A stretch of DNA of 64,000 nucleotides from Marsupella aquatica (taxonomy: Eukaryota; Plantae; Marchantiophyta), in contig OZ316894.1 in assembly GCA_973895155.1 (NCBI GenBank), positions 9,833,440 to 9,897,439 on the forward strand, given 5' to 3'. How positions within the stretch are numbered: the stretch's first letter is position 1; each line of letters begins with the position of its first letter. Under the pieces are notes generated by a model. It did not search any database, was not told the DNA's origin, and saw only the letters and a list, made by a program, of their open reading frames with translations. The position numbers were made by a program, and so were the translations under genes. Positions 25,901 to 38,363 of the stretch are shown here, piece by piece.

Positions 25901-27517
25901 ATGATGAATGGACCTTCCTGGAAGGTACGCAAACTGTTGATTAGAGATGACTCTCATCAGAATACGAATTAACCGTAACTGAAACGCTTTAGTACCCACT
26001 TTGTAGCTGACAGTGAGAAGCAAAATTGGCCTTTTATTTTCGATTTTGAATTCATCACCTTTCTTCGGAAGGAGGACAATAATTCCTTTCAAAAAATTAT
26101 GGCTAAATTGACCTTTCGCAATACCGTCATTAAGAGCTGCAAGTAAAAGTGGACCCATAACCTTCCAGAATGATAAGAAGAACTCCACAGGTATTCCATC
26201 ATGCCCCGGTGCTTTATTTGATCCAAGAGCTTTCGTAGCCGCCAAAATTTCCTCTAACGTAAGTGAAAGATTTAAAGCAGATCTTTCTTCTTCCGATATG
26301 CATACTTTCACATTGTTAAGGACCTGCTCTAGTTCATCCTCCGTTGGATGATACTTCGAGGACAAAAGAGACAAGAAGAAGACTGTAGCAATCTTAGACA
26401 TCTCCTCCCAATCATGTTGCACCACATTATTCTCATCATACAGGCCTTTTACTTCCGTCGCTACTGCTTTTCCTTTGAAAGAATTAAACTGTAGATGGGA
26501 ACATTTACCCCCATATTGAATCCAATTACGATGCGCTCCTTCTTGCATCCATAATAAATCCTTTTCCACTATAGATTTGAGGCGGGATTTGAGGAGCATA
26601 GTACAATCCACAAGCTTCCCTTGCAGTTCCAGAGACTGTGGGTGTAACTCTAATTCGAGTTGCCTACTTCAGATTCTGCTTAGATGCTTGAAATCAGATA
26701 TTGCTCTTTGATCATAGCTTTTTTTTTCCCCCATGCCCGATCCAGATTAGTTGCTCTTTTCAAACAACCCTCAAGAGCTTTATCTGGGGGTAACTTATTA
26801 TTCCGAGTAGATCTATGTGATTCACTGACAAATAACTCTGTCATGGATCGTCTGAATTCCAAATCCAAAAAATGAGAAGTATTCATCTTGAACCGGGAAG
26901 GAAAGAGACAGTGCTTTCCCGCAGTACAAATGATACTAATTGGATGATGGTCCGACATGAATTGAGCAGATATAATAGATGACACCGGGGTAAATTTCAG
27001 CATTGGAGAATCCAACGGAGCATAGCATCTGTCCAGCCTATGAAGAATCCGATCAGAGGATAAACCCGAGCTCACTAGTCGATTATTACACCATGTAAAA
27101 CGCAATTTACCCGGGATACGTTTAAAAGTATCGACCCATTTCATTTTTCTCTTGAGGTGGGCCCAAGCTCTCATTTCCCTGCCAGCAACAACATGTGGGC
27201 ACTCGCTGATCTGATCATCCAAGTTCTCAATCATGTTGAGATCACCTACCAAAATCCAAGCCAAACAATTTTGTATGCATGTGAAGATTTCACCCCAAAG
27301 TAGACTACGATCTTTTTCACCATCTAGACTGGTAGGAGCATAGACATTCATGATTCCATAATCACCTAGTTTAGGGTGACTAAAAGTGCACCAGATTCCT
27401 CGGCCACTAGGAAGAAAGCCAACCGCCTTTAAGGATGGTCTTAACCTAGGCCCCACCGCAATGAATAGTCCACCCTTTCTTGACTGTGCAGCTGGATCTC
27501 TGAGCGGCACCTTTCAA
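22965..27517 (-). mobile_element. LINE (L1/Tx1-like) non-LTR retrotransposon, 5'-truncated inside the endonuclease
   Basis: 15-bp TSD AAGATTGTGGTGTTT at 22950-22964 and 27518-27532; A-rich tail on minus strand at ~22965-22982; EN, RT and zf-RVT coding remnants. Confidence 0.92.
23377..27510 (-). pseudogene. LINE ORF2 (APE endonuclease, reverse transcriptase, zf-RVT) with stop and frameshifts
   Basis: NVYAP, GDLN, RLDRCY, SDHHPI (EN); KAPGHDG, KLDMIKAFDSV, RQGCPISP, YADN in place of YADD (RT); EDLIHCLWSCP (zf-RVT). Split over ORFs 26680..27510, 24221..26611, 23670..24224 and 23377..23673. Confidence 0.92.
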
Positions 27518-28629
27518 AAGATTGTGGTGTTTCTTTTCGGGGTGTGGGCTCGATGGACGACGAAAAGGGTGGATTTGAATTTCAGTTCAAGTCCAGTCAG
27601 GGTCATTTTTTTGTTTGCCATTGTGATTCTTTTGGGGTTTTTCTTGGGCGGGTGCCATGTTTGCTCTTTGTCCAATTTTTTTGCACATTTGCTACCAGGT
27701 AATGAGGGTTGTTGAATTAATTCGTGGATCCCATGTTCATCCAAGGAATATGTGTGATAAAGTGAAATTAATGTTCTACAAGACGACAATCAATGGTTTT
27801 GAATCTCCGAGTGCTTGGTGTGTGCTCATACCAAAGAAAACGTTCAAAAATAGAGGAGATCAATCTGATTGAGAGGATCTCTTTGGTCAAACCAAAGATT
27901 GAATGTGGAGGAATTTTTTGGCCGGTTTTTGCTCACACATTGGAGAAATCGTGTTTCTACCATTCCTGATTGATTGTTTGTGAGTTACATTGAGCATTAC
28001 CGCCACAAGACAGACCGAAGAGCATCACTCAACTGTTGGCAAAAGGTTGCTTGTCATTTGGATGGGAAGAACTCACAAAACGGACAAGCCATCACTTCAC
28101 ATACAAGTTTTGTAGTTTTTTTAATTACGGACCCCCAATAGAGGTCCTTTCCAAAATTCATGGCTCCACAGTGTGCCACATCATCATGGCACATTGTAAA
28201 CAAGAAGAGACTTGTTCCTGGATAGAATTAACTTATGCATTTGTGTTTGTGACAACTTTGTTGTAAAAATTGGGACACCATACAGTAAAAAAGAATGTAA
28301 AAACTAACATGCAAATCAAAAGACAAAAAGATTGAGGAAAATTGCTCCTAGTAACGGTTTTATTTACAATTTGATTTTATTCAAAACATAAAATTTTCAA
28401 AGCAACAATTTTTGATTTGATATTGCTGAGTCAAATCATAATGAAAACTCACGTATAATATGGTGTTTGAAAGATCTTGAAGAGATAGTCCTAATGAGCT
28501 CAGCATTGTCACTATTCAATAAGAATTGAGTAAGTAATTTGAAAAATAAAATTTACCCGTGATTTCATAATCTATAATTTGAATATAAATCTTTGTTATA
28601 AAACCTTTGAAATGTTGACCCCTTCCATG

Positions 28630-28770
28630 AGAATGAACCTAAAATTGACAGATTTTATCGAGTAGTATGGAGATTATGAATTTTAGAATTTCTTCAGCTT
28701 TTTAATGAACTTAACATTGATAGATTTAGTTGAGTTTTGAGGAGATTATAAATTTCCAATGAGTGTGACA
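28630..28770. repeat. Two to three more units of the ~60-bp repeat seen at 8.3-8.9 kb
   Basis: AATGAACTTAACATTGATAGATTTAGTTGAG...GGAGATTATG matches AATGAACCTAACATTGATAAATTTAGTAGAATACTAAGGAGATTATG at ~8741. Confidence 0.65.
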
Positions 28771-29084
28771 CTAGTTCATACTACAACTTGTTTTGTGATT
28801 GATGTTAATTATGGTTGCCTTGGTGAGCTTGGCAACTATTTCAAGTGCCAATCAAACATTGACTTGTTCATTTTTGAATTTATTTTCTTTAGAATTGGAG
28901 GTCATCTAGGCTTCAGTTTCTAGATAACTACCTCTAAAATAACATGGGGGTCCACGGATTAATTTAAGAAATATTGTGTGAGGGGGAGACCAATGATTGT
29001 TTCTTTGACACAGAGACTGCACACAGAGACACATGGAGGGGAAGGAAAGAGAAATCCTGTCATGACACAATTGCCACTATTCCC

Positions 29085-32000
29085 TGTCGCGTCCCTAACC
29101 TGGGCCTTAAATCCAGTTTAGTGCCATGGTGCGACCTCGACCACCAGTAGGGGTGAGGGTTCGGGCAAGGAGGTGTGTAGTGGCCCCGATTAGCCCTAAG
29201 TCGGGCTAAGCCGATATACTTACTGGTATAACGCTTAAGCTATTCGTACTAGTCATAGGTATCTTTTATCTTCCACCGCTGGAATCCTCCCTCAGTTAGT
29301 GACTCGGACTAACTCCCGGCTTGGGGCTTTTCAAGCCATCAACGCGAAAGAACTTTGTGACATATGGGTGGCAATCCCTACCATTAGTCCGCACCCGATA
29401 CGTCCCTTAAAATGGTGCCTTTGCCGAGACAAAGCATACTCACCACACCAGTTACTTGCGGAAACATTAGAGGGAAAAGACTACATTTACTCAACAAAGC
29501 ATCAGTTTACATGGTTGACTCGACTTCAAAGGGGGTCAACAGGCCCAACGGCAGTCGATGCCCAGTCTCTACGAGGCCCCGCCTCGCACTTGCCCAGCAA
29601 GCTCGACTCTGGCTCTCACTCCTTAGTGCGCTCTGACCCTGCTCAGGCCGGGACTCCCCGTGCCTCACCTATCTTCTGCCGAGATAACTAAGCCTTCCAT
29701 CCCCCTTCCATAGCGGAAGGGGAAGCCTAAATACTACAGTTTGCGGAAGAGAACCAGAGGATACTACCTTCCGGGATACTACCTACTGCCTAACTACCTT
29801 GACTACTGGTCGTGCCGCACTGACCGGTTGACCGTCGACGACAAGGGTGCCGACCGGGATGGCAGCGGCCAAGCCTTCTGACAAAAATCTAGTCCGTTGA
29901 TGGACTCCATCCTACGTTGGCTGATCCTAACTGATCCGGCCCTAATTCTTCCTACTACCGCTAATCAGCGCCTAATGACAGCATTCTGTCGTTGCACCTA
30001 ACCGAAAGATGCCGCTATCTTAACTGCCTCGCGTGGCGCCTGCTTCCACCCTTCGCTAACCACCCCTTACGTGGGTGCTGTGGTTGGACCAGGGCTGGTC
30101 CCCTTGTCAAGGCGAGACCTCAAGCCGCCTTGATCAGGGGTGGGCCCAGGTTTTCCCCGCTGGAGGACGAGCAGGGTAACGCGGTCCTGCAAGGCCTTGT
30201 TGTCCCGTACCGCCTCCTCCACCTCATTTGCAGCTTCATCGGCCTCGGCCTGGAGCCGCGCTACCTCCAGGTTGAGCTGGTTAATGGAGTCGCGATGGAT
30301 CTGGTCCTGCGCCAAAAATTTATCCCGCTCGGCGGAGAGACTAGCCACCTGCTGTGCTGCCTGTAGGAATTGTTTGTTGAGGTTGGTCAGGCTGGTAACC
30401 CGAGCCAAAGATTCTGAGCGTAATTGAAGCACGGTGTCGTCCAACTTCTTGAGATCTGCTTGCGCTCCGCTTAACTCCTGGGTTAGTCCGTCCCTCTGTT
30501 TGACGGTGCGGACTAACTCCTCGCGGCGGGTAGTGGCCTCCTCCTCGAGGTGCTCTACCAGCATATGGAGGCGCCCGATCTCATTCCCCTTCGCCATGAG
30601 TTCTTCTTCCAAGCGGCTTACGATCCGTGGTTGGTGCTCTAACATGAAGAAGGCTGGTTGAAAGTACGCCGAGACTTGTTGTCCGATGTACGTCGCCAGC
30701 TCCCCAGACATAGTCTGGCTAAACTTTTGGACCAGGTCGTAGGCCATGGTCCCCGAGGCTACTTGGTAGTCCTCCATCCTCTCGGGTATCGGTGGTTCCT
30801 CGGGCGGGGCAACGAGCTCCTCCGTAGTCTACGCTGGGGAGGGGAAGGTTTCTTCAGGTGGTGGAGGGATTGGGGGTGGTTGTACTACGGGTAGCGGAGG
30901 CTCGACGGAAGGGGGCGGCGGAATTTCCATAGGAGGAGGTGGCGGAGTATTAATCGGGGCTTCCGGCTCGGGGTTTGCCCGAGAGATGGTAGTCCGTGTG
31001 CTCGGGGTTGCCTCCTCTGGTGTGGGGGTGATATTAGTCGGGGCTGAGGTGGCCATATTCTTTCCTCTGGCCTCCCGCCGTGCCTTGTACCAGGCAAGGA
31101 TAATGGCGATATGGCTTCCCAAGTAAGTCTTCCCCCCAATAGCCATACCACCTTGAGCCCGCTTCAGCTCCCCCGAGAATCTTCGGTAGAAGAATTGGGC
31201 CCAGTTCCGCTGTTTGTACTGTTCCACCTGCACGATCGTGCAGAGGGAAATCTTGGATCATGGCTCAATCATGTGTAGGGTAGTCCGTATGAAGTTAAGA
31301 CGCTCCATGCAGATTAAGTTGGTGCACGACCCCTACTTGTATCCGTTGTCCATCTTACCCTCGGGTTTGAAGTGCCGCAGTGTATACTCCTTATCCCGAA
31401 TTCGGAGTTCGACTGGCACCGGCCCGGTTGGCAGACAGAAGATTTGCGTTAACCGATGCTCCGTCAGTGATAAGGCCTGCCCCGAAACCTTGGTGGTCGA
31501 TGCGTCAGTGTCAAAATTGGAGATGTACTCACAAATCTCCTTCGGCCCGGCGGTGCACGGCCTCCATAGCAAGTGAGCGAACCACTCCAACTGATGCTCC
31601 TTCAGATAGTCCACGTGTTTGAGTTTCTTGATCGCGATCCAGACTACTTCGGGGACGCGGATTACCTATAATAAGTTGGACTTCGGGTTATCCGGGGGCC
31701 ATCGGTTCTGGTTGGCCGGGGGGTTTGCCGGGGCAGGTGCAGGCGTGGCGTGGGTTCGCATTGTTGATTCGGGGGCCGTCGTCGTCCTTGACCGCTTACG
31801 AGAACGCTGTTCAAGTTGCGGACTAACTTGCTCGGAACCCAAAGAACACTCTGTGTTGATCACTGGACAGACTTGGGACCGGTTCGGCGGTATGCCGGTG
31901 GTCATCGGCTGAGGCACTAGTGGTATCGGGGTAGCCATATCCCAGTTGAAGGCGTTGGAGCTTTCCCCGAGGAACATAAGATTACGCGCCGCTTCCTGTT

Positions 32001-32931
32001 GTCTGCTGATGTCTTCTTGGCACTTTTTGGCTGCGATCTGCTGGTCTAGGTACCCCGGAATCTTGTCGAACTCCGCTTGAGTAAGCCGCTGGCTGCCCTT
32101 CAGCTTAAAGAACTTCGCTGGGACTTCAAGAATCGCCTCTGCTACCGATCTAAGCCCTTCCTCGCTGAGATATAGTTCGGTGATGTAGTCTCGCAGCTCA
32201 TTGTAGCTGGAATCCCTGGTGATGGCTGTCCTTTCGCAATTAACCAGTGCTACCTTGGTCACCAGCTTCGCGTATCTTCGTTCGTAAGCGGCTTTCTTGG
32301 GACAAGAGTACCAGTAAGTCTCAGAGAACTTAGCACCTACCTCGCCAAACAAGGTCCAAAATCCCAAGGCTGTAAGGGTCATACTAACCTCGTAGTCCGG
32401 TCCGTTGAGTCCACGTTCCCACTCGGCTGGTCCTTTTGCTGGTGGAGGTCTCGCTCGTCCTGACTAAATCTCGCCACATTCCTCTCTTATGCCTCGATAA
32501 TCTCCTTGTAAAGGTCGACTTGATTCGATCAAAAAGGCGAGTGGATGGCAACGTCCGCAAATTCCAAAAAGGTGGAAATGAGCAAATGGCCCGCAGTGCC
32601 ATCGGCTCCTCTCTTATGGAGGTGCCAGGATGAGCCCGAGCGTGAGAAGGCCAGGCCGTTTTGGTCATTGAATGAGCTGAAGTCGGTGCCTCGGTCCAAG
32701 CGTGACTTCTAACTGATTTTTACTCCGCTGCCGCCACCGTACCTCGGTTGCGCGTAATAATCCTCTTCCTGAACTCGTAATTATTTGGTCATCTTAACCT
32801 ACTCCTAATCTATTCATAATGGCAACAGACGGCTATACGTGCTATTCTATGCTACGGCTACAGTCCTAACGTCCGTATAAGACCTAATCTACGACCTGGG
32901 TTCGGTTAAGTGACACGTTACCCGTGTCACA
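29085..32931. mobile_element. 3.85-kb TG...CA-bounded insertion with 5-bp TSD (solo-LTR-like, probably Gypsy-derived)
   Basis: TTCCC|TGTCGCG...GTGTCACA|TTCCC (TSD 29080-29084 and 32932-32936); GC-richer than flanks; no internal terminal direct repeat and no gag/pol motifs seen. Confidence 0.6.
30067..32382 (-). pseudogene. Retroelement accessory-type ORF (~770 codons): plant-transposon-protein-like domain, Pro-rich linker, coiled coil; four in-frame stops
   Basis: ORFs 31666..32382, 31333..31614, 30829..31233 and 30067..30777 share one frame, with stops at 31666, 31333, 31258 and 30829. EICEYISNF...KVSGQALSLTEHRLTQIFCLPTG and NWAQFFY resemble Gypsy extra-ORF domains. Confidence 0.6.
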
Positions 32932-35086
32932 TTCCCTATAATTCCCTTTGACTTATTGGGCTACAATTTCTCTTTCTCTCACGGCCTGTTAGAGGTTTAT
33001 GTTTTCGCTTGGTATCTGGGCTTCTGGGCTACTGATTTTTCTCACCTTTAAAATAATTTAAAGGGTTTTCCCTGCCTCAGCAATATTGGTGTGGAAAATT
33101 CTGCCATTACAATTTTGCACTTATCAAGACATTGCACTTGTCTGTCTGTCTTACATGAAACATTTTCTTATCCCCAAAAGAGTATTTGAACCAATCAGGT
33201 ATTAAAGGAAGCTCAATTTGCCAGTTAACTATGTGTTGCACTAAAACTCTTGCACTTCTCAAGTAATTTCACTGATCACTGAAACTACTCTCTTATACTT
33301 TAGTTAGTGATCAGGTGGGTTATGTTGATGGTCCTTTAAATAATTATTCACTTGTGGTTTCTTTTGTTTTGACTGGGAAAAGGCAAGGCAGCCCAATGAA
33401 TAAAAAGGGGCGCAAAACCGCCAGGATTGCAAAAGGATGATCGCACAGATGGGATATAGAAAGGAAGAAAATGACTTGAAAGATTGAGGCAAAGAGATAT
33501 GATCGGTTAGAGTGGAGCAGAGCCCTAATAAATCAAACAACTATCAAAGTGAATCAGGATCTAGTTGATATTCTGCCCAGAGAGGCATGACTTTGTGGTA
33601 GTTCACCTGAGTAGAGAGTGATAGGTATTGAGTTCAACTATTGTGGCTAACTCTTCCCTTTCTGTGGGGTTTCACAGATTTTCCTCTTTAAAAAAAGAAA
33701 AAAAGATCTAGTTATTCCTACAGTTATGGTAAGAAGGCTCCTTAACTACTCACATTGGCTTTTCTTTTGTCCATTGGCTTTTCTTTTGGTAAGTCCATCC
33801 CAGCATTTTTGCAAACGTTTTGAAATTGTACTTAATTAGTTGAGGGATCATGTGGATTCTTAGATTGCAAACTTGAATGATGATTTATTGTACTCATACA
33901 AGCCGCTACCCCCACTTTGCGACCTCATCCAAGCTTGTGGGCCTTAATGTGAGGCGCAGCCCCTACTATGCAATTCTTTTGGGACCATTGATTAATTATC
34001 CTTAGTGCGACAACATGGAGTAGAACCTGAACGAGGTCTCGTCCATGTTGGCTTGCCCCAGCCCGAGGAATGGAGATAGCAGATACAAAAGTTCTTGATT
34101 GTTCTACTGTACCCCTTAATTTGGATTGGTCTAGTTTTCTTTCAAGAAAAGGTGTACGTATGTGGCCAAAATTTCATGAAATGACTGAAACCCCACAGGG
34201 TATGACAAAGGTTCAAGGTCAAAGTCTTTTGGGGAGCACGGCTTTGCCTAAAACAGTGAAATGTCCAAAGGATCTGAATCCATTTCACTTTACCACTATT
34301 AAAGCCAACCGTCTCTACTTGACACTAGGTCCACCTTTTCCTCCTTGTGTCTCATTGTGTTTTTTCGGTCCTCCCGTAACTTCCTCGACAATGCTCGTTT
34401 AAAGCTTCCTGCCTATGCAAATGGAGAAAACAAAATAATGGCTACCATTACTTGCTCTCACTACTTGCCACGACTGTAGGATGGGAGACATTATACAAGT
34501 GTATGTGGGTCCAGGGGTGGTCTAAAATTCTAGACAAAATAAGCCAGCTCCTCAGGATTTAATTGGTCTCACCATTTGCTTGGGCTTTGATATTGACCTT
34601 AAGAGACTGAATCTTTATTAGCAAGATGTATTGACGAACTTCCCTGAACTCCCAGATCCTACTGATGGACCTGCCATCCCAAGCCCCCTAAGAGCATCTC
34701 CAACGGTGCCTGCAAAGAGCTCCGTAACCCGCAAACCCCGGAGTAGCGGCTGTTTTTTGGAGAAAAGCATGTCCAACGGTGACCGCTTCTGTAAATTTTT
34801 GGAGAAAGCCGCTAACTTTCTCGCCTGTGTGCCGCTACTTTCGGGCAGGAAGGCGGTCGCCATTCCAAGCCCCTCCGCCATCCCCCAAATGAATCCACGG
34901 CAGCCAAGTAGCCACGCGGCACTCGCGATGCGAAGGAGTACTCGCGCCAGAATTGTGTCCAGATTTCCCGCTTCGACTTTCCATGAACAGTGATTGTTGT
35001 GGGACACAGGAGTTGTCGTGCAAACCTGACATTGCACACGAGAATTTCAGTGACATTGCGCGTACAAAGTTGAAAGTTGTGAGACA

Positions 35087-36079
35087 ATGGCAGCAAGTCG
35101 TGGGAAAAATTATGGTGCAGAAGAGCTTAAACAATTGTGCTACAGTGTTCTTCATGTGTCCCAAGATCCCTGCGTTGGTGCAGGGCAGAGGGCTGAGAGA
35201 TTTTGGGACCGGGTGATGGAGCATTATGAGAAACACAAACCGAAGGGAGCTGAGTCAAGGGGCCGAAAATCTCTGGAAGGGAAGTGGTCTGATATTAAAC
35301 ATGATGTGTCAAAATTCATCGGATGTTTTCAGCAGGTAGAGGACCTTCAGATTTCGGGGACCAACGTCGATGACACTGTGCTGAAGGCGAAGGAATTATA
35401 CAAACAGAACCATCCCAAAGGGAAAACTTTTTCTTTCGATTCCTGCTTCTGGATTTTGAAAGATTGTCCACGGTGGGGGAATCCAGCAGACGATATGGCG
35501 AAAGGGAAGGGCAGGAAATCCACATCATCCAGGTCCGACACGATCGAGAATGAACATTCTAGCCCGAGTCCAATCATCATTGAGAATGGTGACAATGAAA
35601 GTGTCGATAGGCAGCACCAAGAACCTGTCAAAGATTGTGATGCAAGGAAGAGGCCTCAGGGAAACAAGAGAGCCAAGGAAGATCACAAGCGAATGAAGGT
35701 TGAACAAGAAGCAATGAAGGTAAGTGCGAATGCCCAACGGGAGATGGCAGCTGCGAATCGAGATCGGGTCAGGACATTGCAGAACCATTCGTTGATGAAG
35801 TTGCTGACATTACCTACAGACAACATGGAACCAGAGCTCCGTGATTATGTCCGACAGTGGAAGCTGGAAGAGGCCAGGAAATTGAAAGCTCGGATGCAGG
35901 CTACAGAACCTCCACAAAATCCCCCACAAAATCCACTCCCTGTTTTTCGTGAGACCAGAGTTGATAGTCCGGTTTTTGATGACAGCACAGTTGAACTGGA
36001 TGAAAACACAGGGGTAGTAGAGGACCATGTAGATTTGGAAACCCAATTTCGGGCATGTGAACCTGGATTTTTGTTCTAG
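35087..36079 (+). CDS. Harbinger Myb/SANT-like DNA-binding protein with NAM-associated region
   Basis: 330-aa intact ORF: RGKNYGAEELKQLC, VSQDPCVGAGQ, FWDRV, WSDIKHDVSKF, FDSCFWILKDCPRW, RPQGNKRAK. Confidence 0.92.
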   Translation: MAASRGKNYGAEELKQLCYSVLHVSQDPCVGAGQRAERFWDRVMEHYEKHKPKGAESRGRKSLEGKWSDIKHDVSKFIGCFQQVEDLQISGTNVDDTVLKAKELYKQNHPKGKTFSFDSCFWILKDCPRWGNPADDMAKGKGRKSTSSRSDTIENEHSSPSPIIIENGDNESVDRQHQEPVKDCDARKRPQGNKRAKEDHKRMKVEQEAMKVSANAQREMAAANRDRVRTLQNHSLMKLLTLPTDNMEPELRDYVRQWKLEEARKLKARMQATEPPQNPPQNPLPVFRETRVDSPVFDDSTVELDENTGVVEDHVDLETQFRACEPGFLF

Positions 36080-36391
36080 GGTTTGCTAGCTAGCCAGTTG
36101 TAGTCACTAGAGTCGATGCAATTCATTGTATGCTCATTTTGTAATAAAATTGGCTCAAACGTTTTGGCAAACATTGTACATTGCAAATTCACGGAATTCC
36201 CATTCCATGTCATAAATTAGCGAGTAAATTAGAAGAGGTTACAAAATTGGAGGCCAGGCCCCAAGTTCTAGATGGCCACATGATAGCCACCATGTCTGTA
36301 GTCTGCATTCTACCTATATTTGGCCTAGCTTGGTGCTTCACAAAATGGCTTAACTTGCGCTTGAGCTTTCTAGGTGCAAAAACGGAAGCTC

Positions 36392-36898
36392 TCAATGAGC
36401 CCTAGGTTTACGCTTCGGGCTACGTGACTGCTTTGTGAAAACCACATAGCAGTCGTCACTGGAGGTAGACCTGTTGGTGCTGAGACGATCCGAAAATGCC
36501 TGATCTTCAGAATCCTCCATCTCTGCCATTAGTTGTGCCTCCTCCGAATTTTCAGGCTCGAAGTCCATCAACGTCATCTCCAATGGTGCTCTCGAGCTTC
36601 TCTGTTTTCCCCCATTTGCTGGAAGTGCCTTGGAGTTCCCAGTATTCATCTTTTGCTCCTTCGGGTCCTCCTGCTTTGGCAAAGGACTGGGATTCCATTT
36701 GCTTGCAGCTGTGGATGCAAGACTTGAACTAGAACTTCCACGTGAAAGCGAGCTCATTTTTGAAATGCCAGAACACTGTGGGCAGGTCCAAGAGCACATA
36801 ATTAACCACAAAGCACATTGCCTCGACAGTATCTCCCGAGCTGGATGTACCTTCGAAACAGGTGGACTGAAGTGTGAGTCAATGTGGAAGCAAGTCAA
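36392..36898 (-). CDS. Possible third, low-complexity ORF inside the Harbinger element
   Basis: Open for 168 codons; Ser-rich, then acidic, then basic (RSPKRKPR) segments; no recognisable domain. Confidence 0.3.
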   Translation of the reverse strand: MTCFHIDSHFSPPVSKVHPAREILSRQCALWLIMCSWTCPQCSGISKMSSLSRGSSSSSLASTAASKWNPSPLPKQEDPKEQKMNTGNSKALPANGGKQRSSRAPLEMTLMDFEPENSEEAQLMAEMEDSEDQAFSDRLSTNRSTSSDDCYVVFTKQSRSPKRKPRAH

Positions 36899-37052
36899 AT
36901 GTACTCATCATTGTACCAACAGAAAATCAGGTCACACCTGCGACTTGATTCCCTCAAGTCCCAAGCTTAAAAACTCATGCTTGAAGCTTTCAGTCAATAA
37001 AATAAATGCAAAGATGGGCAGCAAAATCTGATTGACTATACTCACCTGGATT

Positions 37053-38363
37053 TCAGTGATCAGAAACACCAGACCCCTTTCTACTCCAAAGGTGGTCAAC
37101 AATGTCATTTCTCAAGCGAAAGTGGTTAGCCTTATTGTTAATTTCAGCTGTTGCAGCAAGGAACTCCAACCATGGCAGATTTCCCCTGTTCACTCTAGCA
37201 GCATGAACCCTTAAATATGGAGGAAAATTGTCATCTCTTTCATCCTCAACAATCATATTGTGGAGGATGACACATGCAAGCAAAATATTTACAATGTTCT
37301 TTTCGTACCAGGACCTAGCAGGCCTTTTGACTATCTCAAATCTAGCTTGGAGGACCCCAAAAGCCCTCTCCACATCTTTTCTGGCTGCCTCCTGACATCT
37401 TGCAAAATGCTTCAACTTATCAGATTGTGGCATGTGCACAGTGGATATGAACATAGACCACTTAGGATAAATTCCATCCACCAGTAGATAAGCTTGTTTG
37501 TACTCTGTACCATTGACATGGAAATTGACATTGGCTGAATCATTGCGCAACCATTCATTTAGAAGTGGTGATCGGTCAAGCACATTCAGGTCATTATTTC
37601 CCCCAGCCAGCCCAAAAAAGGCATGCCAAATCCACAATTCTTGATCAGCAATTGCTTCCAGGATGATGGACTTGTTCTTGTCCTTGTCAGTGTATTGGCC
37701 CTGCCAAGCAACAGGGCAATTCTTCCATGCCCAATGCATGCAATCCAATGAACCAAACATACCTGGGAAACCTCGGTTTGCATTGATTTGCAGCTGATTT
37801 GTGAAATCTGCAGCTGTTGGCTTCCTCAAGTATTCACCCTCATACAACTCCCTGATGGCTTTCACAAATCTATAAAGAGACTCCAATGCTGTGCTTTCAG
37901 CAATTCTACAATACTCATCCAAAGCATCTGCCCCAATTCCATAAGCCAACTGCCTCAATGCTGCTGTCAACTTTTGATGTGGAGACAAGCCTACCTTTCC
38001 TGCAGCATCAACCTTCAGACAGAAATAAGTGTCATGAGCACAGACATCAAGAAGTATTTTGTTAAACAAACCGCTGCTCATTCTAAATCTCCTCCTGAAT
38101 TTCAATTCATCATAGGTTGGTGTATCAGAAAAATAATCATTCCATAGGTCTTCTGCCCCTTTTTCTCTGCGTCTCTCCACATTCTCACTCCTGCCTGGTC
38201 TAGACCCTCCATGCTTTCTTTTCCTTGACTGTTGGCCCAAATTTGGAATAGAAAGGGGTCCCGTGAACATCATCAACTCCCAAAATCTTTGTTCCTCATC
38301 CCAATCAGCTTCCTCCTCATCCAATTCTTCCTCGAGATCTGCCAGCCACCCTTCGAGGTCCAT
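37053..38363 (-). CDS. PIF/Harbinger DDE transposase (HARBI1/ALP1-like)
   Basis: Uninterrupted ORF from MDLEGWL: FRRRFRMS, ALRQLAYG, GSLDCMHWAWKNCP, GGNNDLNVL, LVDGIYP, RKDVERAFGVLQARF, ACVILHNMIVEDE. Confidence 0.95.
   Translation of the reverse strand: MDLEGWLADLEEELDEEEADWDEEQRFWELMMFTGPLSIPNLGQQSRKRKHGGSRPGRSENVERRREKGAEDLWNDYFSDTPTYDELKFRRRFRMSSGLFNKILLDVCAHDTYFCLKVDAAGKVGLSPHQKLTAALRQLAYGIGADALDEYCRIAESTALESLYRFVKAIRELYEGEYLRKPTAADFTNQLQINANRGFPGMFGSLDCMHWAWKNCPVAWQGQYTDKDKNKSIILEAIADQELWIWHAFFGLAGGNNDLNVLDRSPLLNEWLRNDSANVNFHVNGTEYKQAYLLVDGIYPKWSMFISTVHMPQSDKLKHFARCQEAARKDVERAFGVLQARFEIVKRPARSWYEKNIVNILLACVILHNMIVEDERDDNFPPYLRVHAARVNRGNLPWLEFLAATAEINNKANHFRLRNDIVDHLWSRKGSGVSDH

Noticed and set aside
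27514-27789. ORF as an upstream continuation of the LINE
   Set aside because: It lies outside the TSD (27518-27532), so it is flanking DNA.
34618-35236. Overlapping ORFs across the Harbinger left end
   Set aside because: They span the TIR or GC-rich subterminal region, or are antisense to the Myb ORF; no domain evidence.
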